NCBI GenBank assembly: GCA_964016885.1
Contig: OZ024740.1
Span: forward strand, 332,444,001 to 332,508,000
Source of the DNA: Eledone cirrhosa
Taxonomy: Eukaryota
Direction: 5' to 3'
DNA: 64,000 nucleotides
Below are positions 1 through 14,299 of this stretch, piece after piece; within the stretch, counting starts at the first letter, position 1; every line of letters begins with the position of its first letter. Both the position numbers and the translations under genes were made by a program. Under the pieces are notes generated by a model. That model had not been told where the DNA came from, did not search any database, and saw nothing but the letters and a program-made list of their open reading frames with translations.

Positions 1-203
1 CAGTCTCTGGAACAAACAGGACATAAGTGACACGTCAGTCATTGACATCACCCGACTGAACTAACTAAAACTACTGGACACTACAGGATACTATCATCTC
101 TTATATATAAATACACACCCACACACACACACAAACACACACACACACACACACACATACGCACCCACACACCCACACGCACACACACGCCCCCCCACAC
201 ACA

Positions 204-248
<45 letters not shown>

Positions 249-480
249 TTATATATGTATGTATATATATATAAAGCATAACATTACTCCAGTTTCAATA
301 ATTCTTCGATTTTCAAGCATCGCTTACGTTATAGTAACATTCATCCTTATCATAGTTTTGTAATTGATTACTCTATTGAATCAAGTTATATATAAATTCT
401 ATCAATCCATTTGTTATAGTTGCAAGATCTACGACTGTAACGTCTCTTCTTAGCTCTTTCCCTCCCTGATCCATCATTCA

Positions 481-593
<113 letters not shown>

Positions 594-1899
594 ACGCGAC
601 GTGGAATGCCTTGCCCCATATGCGTGTATATAAATGCCGAGTTTGATGAAGAGTAATATATATTTACTGTAATTTGAAGCATAGCAGTTTGTTATTGCTT
701 CTGACTAGACTAGCCTAGATTTAAAAACGGGAATTTGTATTCAACTGTTGTATGTTTGTTATTTTATGACGACTTCTTTGAATAACGTCTTCAGAAAACA
801 AAGTAATGCAAGGCATAGTTATCTCCATACATATATGATAAAAAAAAGTGTTGGCATTCCTCGTGTCTCTCAGTCGATTTAAGTATAATTTATATGCAAC
901 ATTTGCATTGCAGCGTATTACTGAGAGCAAAAGACATAGCACATTACGAGTTGCTATTATTTCAGTCGATTTCAAAACAAACCAATTACGATGGATGGAA
1001 TATCAGTTTTTATTACATTGTTTGAATCATGGCCAAATTCTAAGAGAATAGTGCTTTACGATTATGCCAAAAATAACAACGAACATTCTTATTTCTTTAG
1101 TATAGAATAACAGAATAGTATGTTCTTTCTTAACCATTGCATGTAATAGGAGGCTGGTGTATAGCTCCTTTTATCAGCTTAACTGGATCTTTACTCACAT
1201 TAATCGTGTTCTTGAAAATCCAATTGTCTTCATAAATTACGCCAGACTGACACTCTCCAGTTAAACCAAGAGTAATAAAGTCACACGTAGAATCATTTCG
1301 TATAACAAAACTCAATTAATGATTTACCAAAGTCTTCAATTTGTTTCAGGACATTTTGTTTTGAATTGCAGCAAGTAACACATTTTTTAATACCATTCAT
1401 TCAGCTCTGTCATAATTGAAATATGTGTCTCAGCTAAAAGTTAAGTATGTTAGTAAATCAAGAAAATCTTAACATTAATATAGTATTTTGTAAATGTGGC
1501 GAAAGATTATAAGTTATTGTTTTAAAAAAAAACAATATATATATTCATTATTCATCGTAATCTCCTAGCAAAAAATAAAAGATTAAACAAACCAGAATTA
1601 ACACAGGCACACATACACAGACACATATATACATCCACGCATCTACCCAAAATCATCCACCCACAGTCTCAGAGAAACACATATGTATATAGTAAGGAAA
1701 AACAATGGAGATTCTTTTACATTTTTCTTTTGATTAACGACCTGTTACGTAAGTTTCACAGCAAATAGATGCTGCGCCCGACTGTAGCATATATTTCCTC
1801 GTCAGATTTGACGATTCAATAAAATACAGAGTATGCTCGATGACATCAGTAATTTTTTGAGAGTATAAAGATATATATATATAGCTATCGTCTACAGAG

Positions 1900-2444
1900 A
1901 AGATGGCTACACATGAATCCCTGTTCATTTCCGATCTCATTTGAAAGAATCTTTATGTCTCAGGCGGGAACGGCCTAGAAACCTAGACCCCACTGTAGGA
2001 ATGTGACCATCATCTATATATATATATATTTGAATAAAAAGGAAAAGAATGACTTCACTTGTAGTGTTAAAAAATGTTTGATTTAATTTTATAATATTAA
2101 TATTATGACTTGGTAGATCCAGTAAGTTCTTTGTTAACTTAGGTGGGATGAATTTTAAAGATTCCTGGTTAACTTGGGTTGGAGAACTTTCTCGCATTCG
2201 TCTGTCTGTGGCGATTGTCAAACTGCAGTTTGACAATCGCCACTGACAGTCAAATGCGAGAAAGTTCTCCAACCCAAGTTAACCAGGAATCTTTAAAATT
2301 CATCCCACCTAAGTTAACAAAGAACTTACTGGATCTACCAAGTCATAAAATTAAATCAAACATGTTTTAACACTACAAGTGAAGTCATTATTTTCCTTTT
2401 ATTCAAATATACCTAACTGTACCAAGGATCTCACACATTTTCCA

Positions 2445-2491
<47 letters not shown>

Positions 2492-2650
2492 AGGTTATTC
2501 AGTGAGGCACTGCTATTGATAACAATACGAGCAATTGAAGCCTAAGCAAAATGCATATATTAAGAAAACATCAATGAAGTTTCGTTTACTTGTTTCTATT
2601 GATTATCAACTTGTTACGTGCGTTCCACAGATAATTGGCTCACGGTCCCC

Positions 2651-2689
<39 letters not shown>

Positions 2690-2810
2690 GGATAATGGTC
2701 ATATTCCTACAGTGGGTTCTAGGTTTCTAGGCCGTTCCCGGCTGAGATATAACGATACTTTCTAATGAGATCGGAAAAGAACAGGGATTCATGTGTAGCC
2801 TTCGTTTCTC
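1900..2810. repeat. Inverted pair of ~110-bp elements (1900-2013 and 2689-2810) whose inner ends abut (TA)n, enclosing other TA-flanked insertions
   Basis: ggctacacatgaatccctgttc...cctagaaacctagaccccactgtaggaatgtgaccat is the diverged reverse complement of atggtcatattcctacagtgggttctaggtttctagg...gaacagggattcatgtgtagcc. Confidence 0.8.
2027..2445. mobile_element. Foldback (palindromic) element in (TA)n, ~190-bp arms with no spacer plus a ~35-bp tail on the right
   Basis: Axis ctg|cag at 2225/2226. Arms 2027-2225 and 2226-2411 are near-perfect reverse complements, and ORFs 1937..2272(-) and 2179..2370(+) give almost the same peptide. TA runs lie on both sides. Confidence 0.85.
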
Positions 2811-4808
2811 GAGACGGAAGGAGGCCGAATAAAAGAAGACCGATATATGGATACCTATATCATCCGAAATATGGAACATATATACTTTCTAATTTGAAAG
2901 TGAATCTTTTGTAATGATCTACCATGGATAATTTGTAAACCATTCATAGAGACCTTCAACACATACTTATCAGAAGTACTATACGATTTATTTAATTCCA
3001 TTTTTAAAATTTAAAAACAGCACATTTTAAATCAGCTTCCTTAAACATACGCCAAAACAACGTAGGGCTTTCGATGTGAAATTCAAGAAATGCACGTATA
3101 TTATTCCGGGTCTAATATATGAAGACTTGCGAATCAAAAACAACTGACTGCAATCATATACTGTACAGACAACTTGAATAGACAGAATGGTGATCGTGCT
3201 TGCTTATTCTAATGAAATAAAATTCTGTTTTGGAATTATCATTTGAAAATAATTATATCTAACTATTTATAAGAAATAAATATGCCAGTAACATTGAATG
3301 ATTTCATAAAATCAGCCAAAATAAGATTGTAAGGCGATTTTTGCAACATTTTGGAAATAATCGATACGATTGTGTAAATATATATATAATTTATGCACAC
3401 ATACACATGCGTGATCACAGATACACATTCACACACACACACACATGCGCGTACACATATAACATATGTATATATGCACAAACACACACATTGATCAAAT
3501 GATATACGATAAATATGATGAAGAAAGTGTAAAATATAAGTATGTTATAGAGTAAAAGAGTAAAGTATAGTTGCTTATATACATGTCAACAGTTAATATA
3601 CATGTTCACTCGTCTATTTTTACCTATCCATCTATACATATATTTCTCTCTACAAACGCAAATCCATATATATATATGTATATATATATGGATATCTATC
3701 CATTCATACACACACGTATATATATACATATGTGTATATATATATATTATATGTGTATATATATATTATATGTGTGTTTGCATGTAGAAGTGCACGCACA
3801 TATATTTGTTTGTATATTAGTAGTCTGCCTGGCAAACGCAATGTTTTAAACCATGTTAGGAGGCGATGAATTGCTGATGCATATACGGAAACGATATACA
3901 GTATCATCTACTCTTGAAGTACTCTGATTAAGTTATCTTTCCTTAGTAGTCGCAACACAGATGTAAATATATTAGGATATACAACAAAAGAATAATAGAA
4001 CAAGATTGAATATTGACTCATTGTCTTACGATCGATTCAGTAGAGCGGAATAATGTGATCTTTATCTGCTGTATTCATTCAGAAACAATGACAAAACGCA
4101 ATTTATTAATCAAAGGAATAATGCAAAACTAAATAAATATATAGATATATAATGTCGGCAGTATTCACTCAGATGTGATCATCGCTTTGAAATCTCGTGC
4201 TAATCCTAGCTGCAACTGCAGCATTGAATAGGATTGCCTACTAAAACCTAACCGCTTCATAAACAATGTAGTATATAAATGTAAACTAATAACGAGGAAT
4301 AATACTCAGGTATATTTAAATGCTACCGTCAACCCTTTGCATACGATCGCCCTAATTTAAAACAGTAAATGAGTTCATAGAACCTTACATGGTTTGCTTT
4401 TGACACCAGTGTGTAGTAAAAATATCGATTAGAATGGAATGTTTTATAGAAAACCAAGGAGAATTACATCTTTGCACCTAGGAAAGGCTTTAAATGTCAA
4501 ATCCTTTTTTTTTATTTACTAAATACACCTGATTAGTTGAAACTTCAGGATCTTCAGATAATTTCTATTTTATAATTTTCCCACCTATCCTAGTTGTTTC
4601 CGAGTATCATACTCAAAAGGGAAAAGAAAAAGCCCTAGCCAATTTATTAAATATACCCATCTAATGATATACCTTTGATAATAACATATTACTTGCAGTA
4701 TTAAAGCTGCATATTTAAGGAGAGGGTTAATCATAATGTATGTATGTGTATTTATGTTTATTTTATGCATATATGTATACTTTATGTATACTTTCATAAT
4801 TTGTCTAA

Positions 4809-4857
<49 letters not shown>

Positions 4858-6109
4858 ACGCATGTGTCTATAAATGTGCTTGCTGTACAAGTGTCTGTGT
4901 ATACATACACACTTATGCACAAATAAACAATAAAAAGCACACTTTAAATTATGAGTAATTAGCTACAATGAACATAGTAATAACACCTGTATGCTTAATT
5001 GTGTGTGAAATAAACTAGACATACCACAAATATTTCGCTAATAATACTTGAACAAGATATATGATCACAACCTTATTATTTCTTCGGGACATTGTATCCT
5101 ATAACGCAACGAATGTATATTTTTTGACTCTCGAGAAGTCTAGATACCCTCTGTATGTTGAGATGAATGTCACTGGTCACCATCTACATATTTGGAACCA
5201 GCATTACTTCTTATCAGTTCACTTAAACTGGTGTTTAACCTGGAAATATTCATCTATTTACTTGGTGTATTCTTCTTTCAATTGTCATTGATTCTGAACG
5301 AAGCCAGCGGATAACGTATGCATTTCCTCCGCTGAAGAAACCAACATTAAACAAACGACTAATAGATCCTTTTGTTCTTTCATTTTTCTCACACACACAG
5401 GCAAACAGGAGCACGCACAGAAGGAGAGATAGAGAAACACACACAAGCTTCAACATATAACTAGACAGAAGATATATATATATATATATATATATATTCA
5501 CTTTATATGCGAGGGAGAAAAAAGAGAGAGAAAATGGAACAGTGATAAAGAAGAAGTGAATACTGGGAGAGGAACCGATAGGTAGAGAGAGAACAGATTA
5601 GCTATAAAAGTGGTAGATCTGTTTTATAAAAGAATAAAATCATTTCATTAATTTTGTCATTTATGATCTTATTTTGAAAGGGAAATATTGCTCTTCCTTA
5701 ACAGTTTCAACCTCACGCATACTATATCAAATTCATTAATTTGACATTTTAAAACTAGTAATCGTTATTTTGGGAGACATTATGATTCAGCGATTACTTG
5801 TGGAAGCATTTATATTTTTTCTCAATGTTTCCTGTAGGTTCAGTAAGAATTGTAACGATGTTTCAACATAAGCAGAAAATATTTCACGCTTGTAATATAG
5901 ATGGCACTTTGCCTGCTGTTTTCAGCATTTCAGACTATCACTGAGGCATTCGACATTCACCTAACACGCGGGATACAGGAGAAGCAGCTCTTGAAAGAGT
6001 CAAATATGATCTTATAGATAATCAATGGGACAATATCGTGCTTCGATGTTTCAGAACCAGTCGATATATTGAAATATTTATCTGCCTATCTATCTAGCTA
6101 TTTTTCTAT

Positions 6110-6217
<108 letters not shown>

Positions 6218-6502
6218 ACATGTATACATATAATCACAGACGCACACAGTTTGGATTTTGCAGAGAAGTCTATCATCTCTGATTTTGTACCGGTTGCATA
6301 AACATTATACGGCTCGGGTAGTTAGTCGCAAGTTTAAACACAGCTGGTGCTTTTACCGTTTCGGAAGCATATGAAGAGTTGTAACTAATTTGATTTAACG
6401 TCTTTCAAAAGTATGTCTTGTCGACCTCGTTAGAGTTTAGTTGACAGATATAGAACCCCACTAGAAAGTGGTAAGAAGGTGGAGAAGACATATGTATGAT
6501 TG

Positions 6503-6638
<136 letters not shown>

Positions 6639-6654
6639 TGTGAGTGCGTGTATG

Positions 6655-7497
6655 GAATCTGAAAAAAGAACGTCAACGGCGCTAGCAAATACAGTGTGGG
6701 AGGTTAAAGACAGAAACATTCCATACTCTATTCATTGGTCAATTTTAGACCACTCAAACTCATACCAAAGGGGCATAAATAAATGTTCTTTGTGTATAAT
6801 GGAGAAACTTAGAATTCTTCAAAATCTGAAAACCCCTCCCACTTGCCTCAACTGAGATCTTCAGATGTTGTCCGCACCTGAAATCGCATCTCCTTTTTAG
6901 CTGGATTAATACACCAACGATCACTCAACCACCTTGAGCTTCCTCTTTACTTTTAACCTTTCCAATATCACCACTTTACGAACACTACATCTTACCCAGT
7001 TCATATAAACACATACTTTCTATCAATATATACATCAATATATACATTTTCTCCTTCATGTTTATTTATTTCATTTGATTTATACTCCCCCCATCCTTTT
7101 TTCTACCATACTTTTAACACATACACACCCACCACCTTCATTCTGTCCTATTATTATAACTCCCCCTTTTACACAGCTCACTTTATAACCACATATATTT
7201 ATCCAGATCTATTTTCAAACATTTACATTCCACCACAACTAATAATTTATATCCTTTCCCCCTGACCTGTTCATTTTATATTATATTATTTTAGTTATAC
7301 TCTCCTATGTCCTTACACACCCATCATGTTTTAAGTATATATATATTTTAATTTTTATATCATTTTTATAATTGAGTGTGTTACGTCACTTAGTTCCGTT
7401 ATATTGTTTGTTTTATGTATGTCTATAACTATACATACATATGTATACATGCGTATACGTGTGTGTACACGTACGTGTGGGTACGTATGGATGTACG

Positions 7498-7554
<57 letters not shown>

Positions 7555-7990
7555 TTACGTATGTGCGCGTGTCTATATAGGTTCGGTTGTATGTACGTGT
7601 GTGTGTGTGAGTATATACGTGTGTTATGTCCTCTTCCCTTTATTGTATGTATGCTTATATGCGTGTGCGTGTTTTTGTATATTTACGACCACTTTTACGT
7701 GTGTATACATATGGATAGTCACTATCCAGGTAAAACTTGAACTGTTAAGATCTCGTTCCTGGAGATATCAATATTTATAAAGCAAACTTTGTATTTTATC
7801 TGATGAGAGCGTACCAAAGTTTTGGTACCCGTGAAATATATATAATAGAATAAATATAGTTTTATAAATATAGTTTCCATTTATTAATATCATTGATATT
7901 ATACTCCAGAAAATCTGTCGAGTGCTTTGAATCAGTTATAAATATATATATTTGTTGAATTACCAACAAATTAAATATCTCTTTGCTGAT
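6655..7990 (+). mobile_element. 5'-truncated Penelope-like element: GIY-YIG C-terminal remnant, ~0.9-kb low-complexity 3' region, hammerhead-bearing terminal repeat
   Basis: Peptide STALANTVWEVKDRNIPYSIHWSILDHSNSYQRGINKCSLCIMEKLRIL (6655-6855) matches the T.LS..IW.LK...Y.I.W.IL...C.LC..EK..I pattern of Neptune-type PLE endonucleases. Hammerhead at 7792-7852. Ends in TA/TG repeats. Confidence 0.75.
7792..7852 (+). ncRNA. Minimal type I hammerhead ribozyme
   Basis: TATTTTAT-CTGATGA(7800-7806)-gagcGTACCAAA-gt-TTTGGTACccgt-GAAA(7833-7836)-TATATA-TA-ATAGAATA. Stem I is 8 bp (one G-U), stem II is a hairpin, stem III is palindromic, cleavage triplet AUA. Confidence 0.8.
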
Positions 7991-8052
7991 ATATATGTAT
8001 ATAGGATTGTGTGGGTATATGTGTATATATGTGTATATATATATACTTATGT

Positions 8053-8112
<60 letters not shown>

Positions 8113-8143
8113 ACGTTTATGTGTGTGTGTGTATACGTATGTT

Positions 8144-8296
<153 letters not shown>

Positions 8297-8382
8297 ATAT
8301 AGAATACACAAGAATCAAAGCTATGTTAGAACATTTAATTGCTGACAATTGTTTCTTCCAAGCTTTATTAATAATGTTTGTA

Positions 8383-8440
8383 CCAGTAATGCACTCATTA
8401 ATTGCTGACCTTGTGCATAAAGTAGAAACAATTATTAATA
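8383..8440 (+). mobile_element. SINE 3' fragment
   Basis: gtaccagtaatgcact...ttgctgaccttgtgcataaagtagaaacaattatt matches the 3' ends of the SINE copies at 54522 and 59010. Confidence 0.6.
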
Positions 8441-8745
8441 ATGTTTGTACATATAATCACCCTCCTATTCCGCTGAAGAATCATACAGATACATATTGTG
8501 GACAACAGTGTGGGATGCGACATATATTATGTTATACTATAATTGTACAATCAGCTTCAAAATTAAAATTAAAAGCTTTTGGTGGAGCAGATGTGACAGA
8601 TAATACATATATATTATGTAACAGATAATACATATACAAATATATATATTCATTAACCCCCCTCCCCCCACCTTTCGTTGTCAACCCGTCCCTTTTTGCT
8701 TTCATTTTATTTCCTATCCTTCATTTTTTGAATTTTTGATTTTAT

Positions 8746-8933
<188 letters not shown>

Positions 8934-8970
8934 AAATATTAAAACAATCAAATTTTAGTATAATACATTT

Positions 8971-9022
8971 ATTTGCCGACAATTGTTTCTTCCAGAAGGA
9001 TGTCTGGAATCATCGGAATATA
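8971..9022 (-). ncRNA. Hammerhead-like motif (CCGAUGA core variant, weak stem I)
   Basis: Minus strand: CCGATGA-TTCCAGA-catcct-TCTGGAA-GAAAC-AATT-GTC. Perfect 7-bp stem II, palindromic stem III, GUC site. The same 3' half is also at ~8338-8360(-). Confidence 0.6.
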
Positions 9023-9889
9023 GGGAATGTTTAAACAGGTGATTAAAATCCTAATTTTCAGAACATTTATGTAGATACATAACTGTTATCAGTGTCATGG
9101 ACATCATGTAGAAAATCGGGAGTTAAATATATATATATATATGGGGGGGGGGGGGTATGTGTGTGTGTGTAGTAAAGTAACATACGAAGAAAACGAAATA
9201 CGTTCAATGAATATATATATTATATTTGCCTGGGAATGAGTGGTGCCAACCAACCTTTGTATATTCGATAGCACCGATGTAGAAGTGAATATTTTGCTTG
9301 TGCAAATACGATGAGATGATATATACGTATAGAGTAGTGAATAAAAGGGCATTGACGAAAGTTTTATGGACAATGCAAGTGGCAATATCTCGGCAATTAC
9401 AAACACCTTCACAGATAAGAGTTGTACAGAATAGAAAAACAGAAGTTCTCTTCAAACAAAATCTTTTATTTGAACATTCTACGAAAAACTCTCCTAAATC
9501 TCAAATGACAGCACTTGAAATACTTTATATCGCTCATGCTTACCATAATAAAATGCCTGTGTATGTATTTAATTGCCTATCCTTGTACTTGCGTGGAGAT
9601 ATACACATTTAAAATGTGTGCATATGTTTAGTTGCAGGATGAGAGTAAACATTTGTCAGACTAAATATTCGATTACATCAAATCATAAAGTTGGGTGAAA
9701 TATTATTCATCTTAACAAATGAGTGTCACTTATCCAACATAAATTACTATTAAGTGTTCATTTCGTCTTCCTAGTGTACTGCCACGTTATTTATATGTAG
9801 TTATGTGAGTGATTGTTTAGACTCAATAAATACTATTACATCATACACATTCATAAATCAGCTAACAGACGCAGGCGTATATATATATA

Positions 9890-9966
<77 letters not shown>

Positions 9967-10188
9967 ATATATATATATATATATTTGATATATATATATG
10001 TATGTGTGTGTGTGTATGTATAATTTACATTTTCCTGACGAAGGCTAGAAGCGGTAACAAGCATCAATACATGGGATACTAGAGTGGACAGATATTAGAA
10101 AATTGGGCTCAATCGCTTATCTCTGTCTGCAGAAGTCTGGAAGTTGGTGTCGAAATGGCAAGAACTCAGTCGTCGGGCCTTGATTCTC

Positions 10189-10233
<45 letters not shown>

Positions 10234-10237
<4 letters not shown>

Positions 10238-10434
10238 AACAAGTAAGACCCCCGACGGCTGAGCTCAAGCCGTTTCGACGGCTAATTCTGGACTCTGAGT
10301 CCAGAATTAGCCGTCGAAACGGCTTGAGCTCAGCCGTCGGGGTCTTACTTGTTCCTATTACCCACTCTACTACCCTAAGTATTGAGTACTTTGGTGCGGT
10401 ATGGTCCACCTGGTTCCTTACCACATTTCCTTCG

Positions 10435-10436
<2 letters not shown>
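10234..10436. mobile_element. Foldback element in (TA)n, ~62-bp arms plus an ~80-bp tail, containing the 3' half of a hammerhead
   Basis: Axis at t10296 (ggactc-t-gagtcc). Arms 10234-10295 and 10297-10357. GAAAC-GGCT-tgagctc-AGCC-GTC at 10316-10338. Confidence 0.85.
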
Positions 10437-10470
<34 letters not shown>

Positions 10471-10927
10471 TATAACAATGAAATAGAAGCCAGTAGGTTG
10501 CATTTTACCTCATTTTATTGATTACAGCATACCTGATATATGCATATAAACAGTACATGTTATTTAACAACCACGATCTCATGAGACAGCTATTCGCTGA
10601 ACAGAAAATTACATGGAGAAATATAACATGAATAAAATGAAAAAAAAAAATACCCATGCAGTTTCTATTCAGTAATATGCAACGGGTGGATTATTGGTAC
10701 TGTTTCCTCAAATCTCTGCTGACTGAATTAGTTCAAACACAGCGTGTCAAGGCCAGTAATCATCACTCAACACACACACATCCCCCCCCCCACACACACA
10801 CTATATATATATATATATATATATTTATAAATGTATATATATATATAGTGAAAAGAGATTAAAATGGAAAATTTAAGGATATATATATATACAATATATG
10901 AAAATGAAATATGAATGATATATACAT

Positions 10928-11049
<122 letters not shown>

Positions 11050-11318
11050 TGAGAGACCTTTTGTCTATATCCACTGTTTATATATATATATATATATGGG
11101 ATAACAGATTATTGTTATAGGTAGTCCACTTAGATGTAGTCCACTTAGGGTACTCCGAGTAGTGGATAGTATTAACGCTTGGCTAAGTTTGACTCAACGA
11201 GACGTTTCCATAGTGATGCTGCGAGTACGCGGTGATTTCTTTGTAGTTTACACTTGGAGTAATAATAAATCAAGAAAGAAGAGTGACATGGTTTGCTATA
11301 CAATAAGGGCTTCATTCA

Positions 11319-11430
11319 CATTGCTGACAATTGTTTCTCTGAACTGGTAGGTCTAGAGATCGCTACCCGCCTGTTTTTCGTCAATAGATCACCAATACTT
11401 TGTTATAAACAGTCTATTCATCAGAGCATG
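11319..11430 (-). ncRNA. Type I hammerhead ribozyme with enlarged stem II (left-arm copy)
   Basis: Reverse complement counterpart of 12136-12247: tcatcag at 11418-11424 and gacaattgtttc at 11326-11337. Confidence 0.7.
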
Positions 11431-12135
11431 CGAGAATGAAGGAAATACACAGGCATGGCTTCTATATATAGTTGTGGCATTAAATCAGAACAATAATAAC
11501 GATACTCAAATAAATTAGCTAGATAGTAAATAGTTAAAATAATCACAACATAAATCTAAGTAAGAAATAGAGTTTACTTATGACTTTAGCATGTATAACG
11601 AGCTGATACGAAACAGATGTATGAAATTGATATGTAAAAGCTGTCATGGGGTATATTATATATAGTGTAGAGATAACCTGGGGCTTGAAATAATTCATTA
11701 TTTAAGTGGTCTATATTAGTGGTCTTCATCTAATATAGATCACTTAAATAATGAATCCGCTTTACACCAATAAAGATTACCATGCGCACTACAATGAAAA
11801 TATTTTATCTGTCAGATAATAAATAAATCTTACGGTCAGCAAACCTACAGTAACGTAAATGGTCCATTATTTCAAGCCCAAGGTTATCTCTACACTATAT
11901 ATAATATACCCCATGACAGCTTTTACATGTCAATTTCATACATCTGTTTCGAATCAGCTCGTTTTACATGCTAAAGTTACCAGTAAACTCTATTTATTAC
12001 TTAGATTGATGGTGTGATTATTTTAACTATTTACTATCTAGCTATTTGGGGGGGGGGGGGTATTGTTATTTTTGTTCTGATTTAATGCCACTACTATATA
12101 TAGAAACCATGCCTCTGTATTTCCCTCATTCTCGC

Positions 12136-12247
12136 ATGCTCTGATGAATAGACTGGTCATAGCAAAGTATTGGTGATCGATTGACGCAAAAACAGGCGGG
12201 TAGCTATCTCCAGACCTACCAGTTCAGAGAAACAATTGTCAGCAATG
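12136..12247 (+). ncRNA. Type I hammerhead ribozyme with enlarged stem II (right-arm copy)
   Basis: TGCT-CTGATGA(12141-12147)-~80 nt domain closed by GACTGGT/ACCAGTT-GAAAC(12229-12233)-AATT-GTC(12238-12240)-AGCA. Confidence 0.75.
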
Positions 12248-14299
12248 TGAATAAAGCCCTTATTGTATAGCAAACCGTGCCACTCTTCTTTCTTGATTTA
12301 TTATATATATATACATATATAATAATAATAATAAATTTGAAGACTTTTAAATATATATATATATATATTCAGTTGATTTAGGTTTATTTAAAACTCCGTT
12401 ATACATATTTCACTGAAGACTATCAGATAAGATAGCCTGATATCTTCAGACAGTAAAAACTAAAATAAACATTGACAGTTCCTAATAGCCCTTTAAATTT
12501 GTAAAAATCCTATAATTTCCCTCAAAAGATTTTCTTCTGAACGCGGGTGTTGTTTCTTCAACGGCCGGCCCCTGAGTGGATTTGCAGAAATAACCATGGG
12601 TAACTATTTTCTTTTGCACTGATCATTTCATTCTATGGGTTGTCTTTCGAAGTTTCATTTTCAAAATTACATTTGGGCTGATGTTTTGTATTTTTAACAG
12701 TTATATGAATCTTACAATCGTTCATGTGTTATATGTCATTTCTGAAACTAACAGACATAACTGCTTATGTTCTTGCTGACATCGGTTGTCATGACAAAGA
12801 ACAGATTTCTGGTCTAAGTATAATGGGATTCACTGTCATCTCTTATTTGTCTTACAAGGAATTTAATTCTGGTTTGTATTTAGTTCCACAATACATTTTC
12901 TTATCGATACGTTGTTGTTTCGTTGTCGATAGAACGGAAACCTCAACAAGATTCTTCCCCTGCACAATTGTGTATGTGTCCTCAGGAATTTTCTTTTCCT
13001 TGTGTACGGTTTCCTGACTATTTAATTGTATACTGTCATCCCCTGCCAGATTTGTAGAATTGTTTGACAGATGGTGTATTCATAGCAAACTTTACATATC
13101 ATATAGTTTAGATTATAATAGTTATATGAGAAGATATATCCTTCTTTGAAGTGACATCGGAACCTTCTAATAGGTAGCTTGTTACTCCGACGTTGGGTAT
13201 ATTGGACTTTCTAGTTTCAGTTCCCTGGTTCCGGTATGCAGCTTTGCATACTTCACTCTAATTTAGTTGATTTTTTGCCTGTAATTTACTTTCTGAAATC
13301 GAATAGTTTTGGAAGATATTTCTCATTTTTGGTCCTTTATGAGAATCGGTAAGATTAGTTGGTTGTGTGTTTATATGTCGGTGTTCTTGTTAAAAATTGA
13401 CATATATGGTATTTTTAATATTTTCTTTTCTGCTGTCTGTTGTTGGGTTTGACTTTATGCTGTTGACTATATGTCCTTGTTTTCCACTTTCCACTTTCTT
13501 TTGACTTCTGTCATGGCTTTCTAGCATCATACACATGCTTATTTCGAATCAATAAACAAATAAATAACAAAGATAATACATATTATATTAAAATATCTAT
13601 CAAGTTGAATTTTACACTTGTTTGAAACAGTGTACCGCATTCTAAAGTGTGGCAACACAACTATATATTTCGTTCTTAATTTAGCCGGAAACAGATAAGA
13701 CAATTTTATAAATAAAACGAACGATTTTGGAAAATCAAACCAGTTAAGAGGTGAAAACTATTTAGTCTATGAGACATTAGGAGGTTATTAATTTCAGCAA
13801 ATAAATCGGCTTGTCCTAATATATCTTCCGTTCTAATAATCGCAAGCGTTAACGGGGGTGAATAAATAATGATACAAGCTGTCCGAGAAGCGATTAAAAT
13901 CAACGGGAAGATTGCTTGAATAAGATAAGGGAACTACAAACAAAATTTACCTAGATAATAAAAAGAAACTAACTAAAGTATATAAAAGAAATCGATTAGG
14001 AATGGTTAAGTAAGGAATCTGTCTTCGAAATCTGTTGGGAATTCAATAAATTCTATGTCAGATAACGTTTTACCAGCAAAAATATATCATGAGACACATA
14101 CGTACATACAAACACACGGACATACATATGTCTACACATACATAGATACATATATACCTACATATTTGTTACATATATACATTCATATTTACATGTACAT
14201 ACATAGGACAAACACACATACAAACTAACATATATACAGATACATATAAATATATATATATAAATGAAAAATGGCAAGCTGTGTTGTTGCATATATGAT

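Larger units (their letters stand above)
11098..12304. mobile_element. Foldback element in (TA)n: ~435-bp inverted arms (11260-11694 / 11866-12304), ~160-bp tail on the left, internal small hairpin 11693-11756
   Basis: aataataaatcaagaaagaagagtg...gggcttgaaataat versus attatttcaagccc...cactcttctttcttgatttattat. TA runs at both outer ends. Confidence 0.9.

Noticed and set aside
1130-1315. Possible host exon on the minus strand (GECQSGVIYEDNWIF...) with a GT donor-like site
   Set aside because: No recognisable domain, weak acceptor and no neighbouring exons identified. It needs RNA-seq or tBLASTn.
2240-2285. Hammerhead in the 2027-2445 palindrome (ctgacag...gaaagtt)
   Set aside because: The core does not match CUGANGA and there is no UH cleavage site.
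5294-5350. CTGAACGA..CAGCGGA/TCCGCTG..GAAAC motif, and similar weak motifs at 642-680, 10035-10060 and 47683-47715
   Set aside because: Partial cores without convincing stems I and III. Possibly decayed hammerheads but not supportable.
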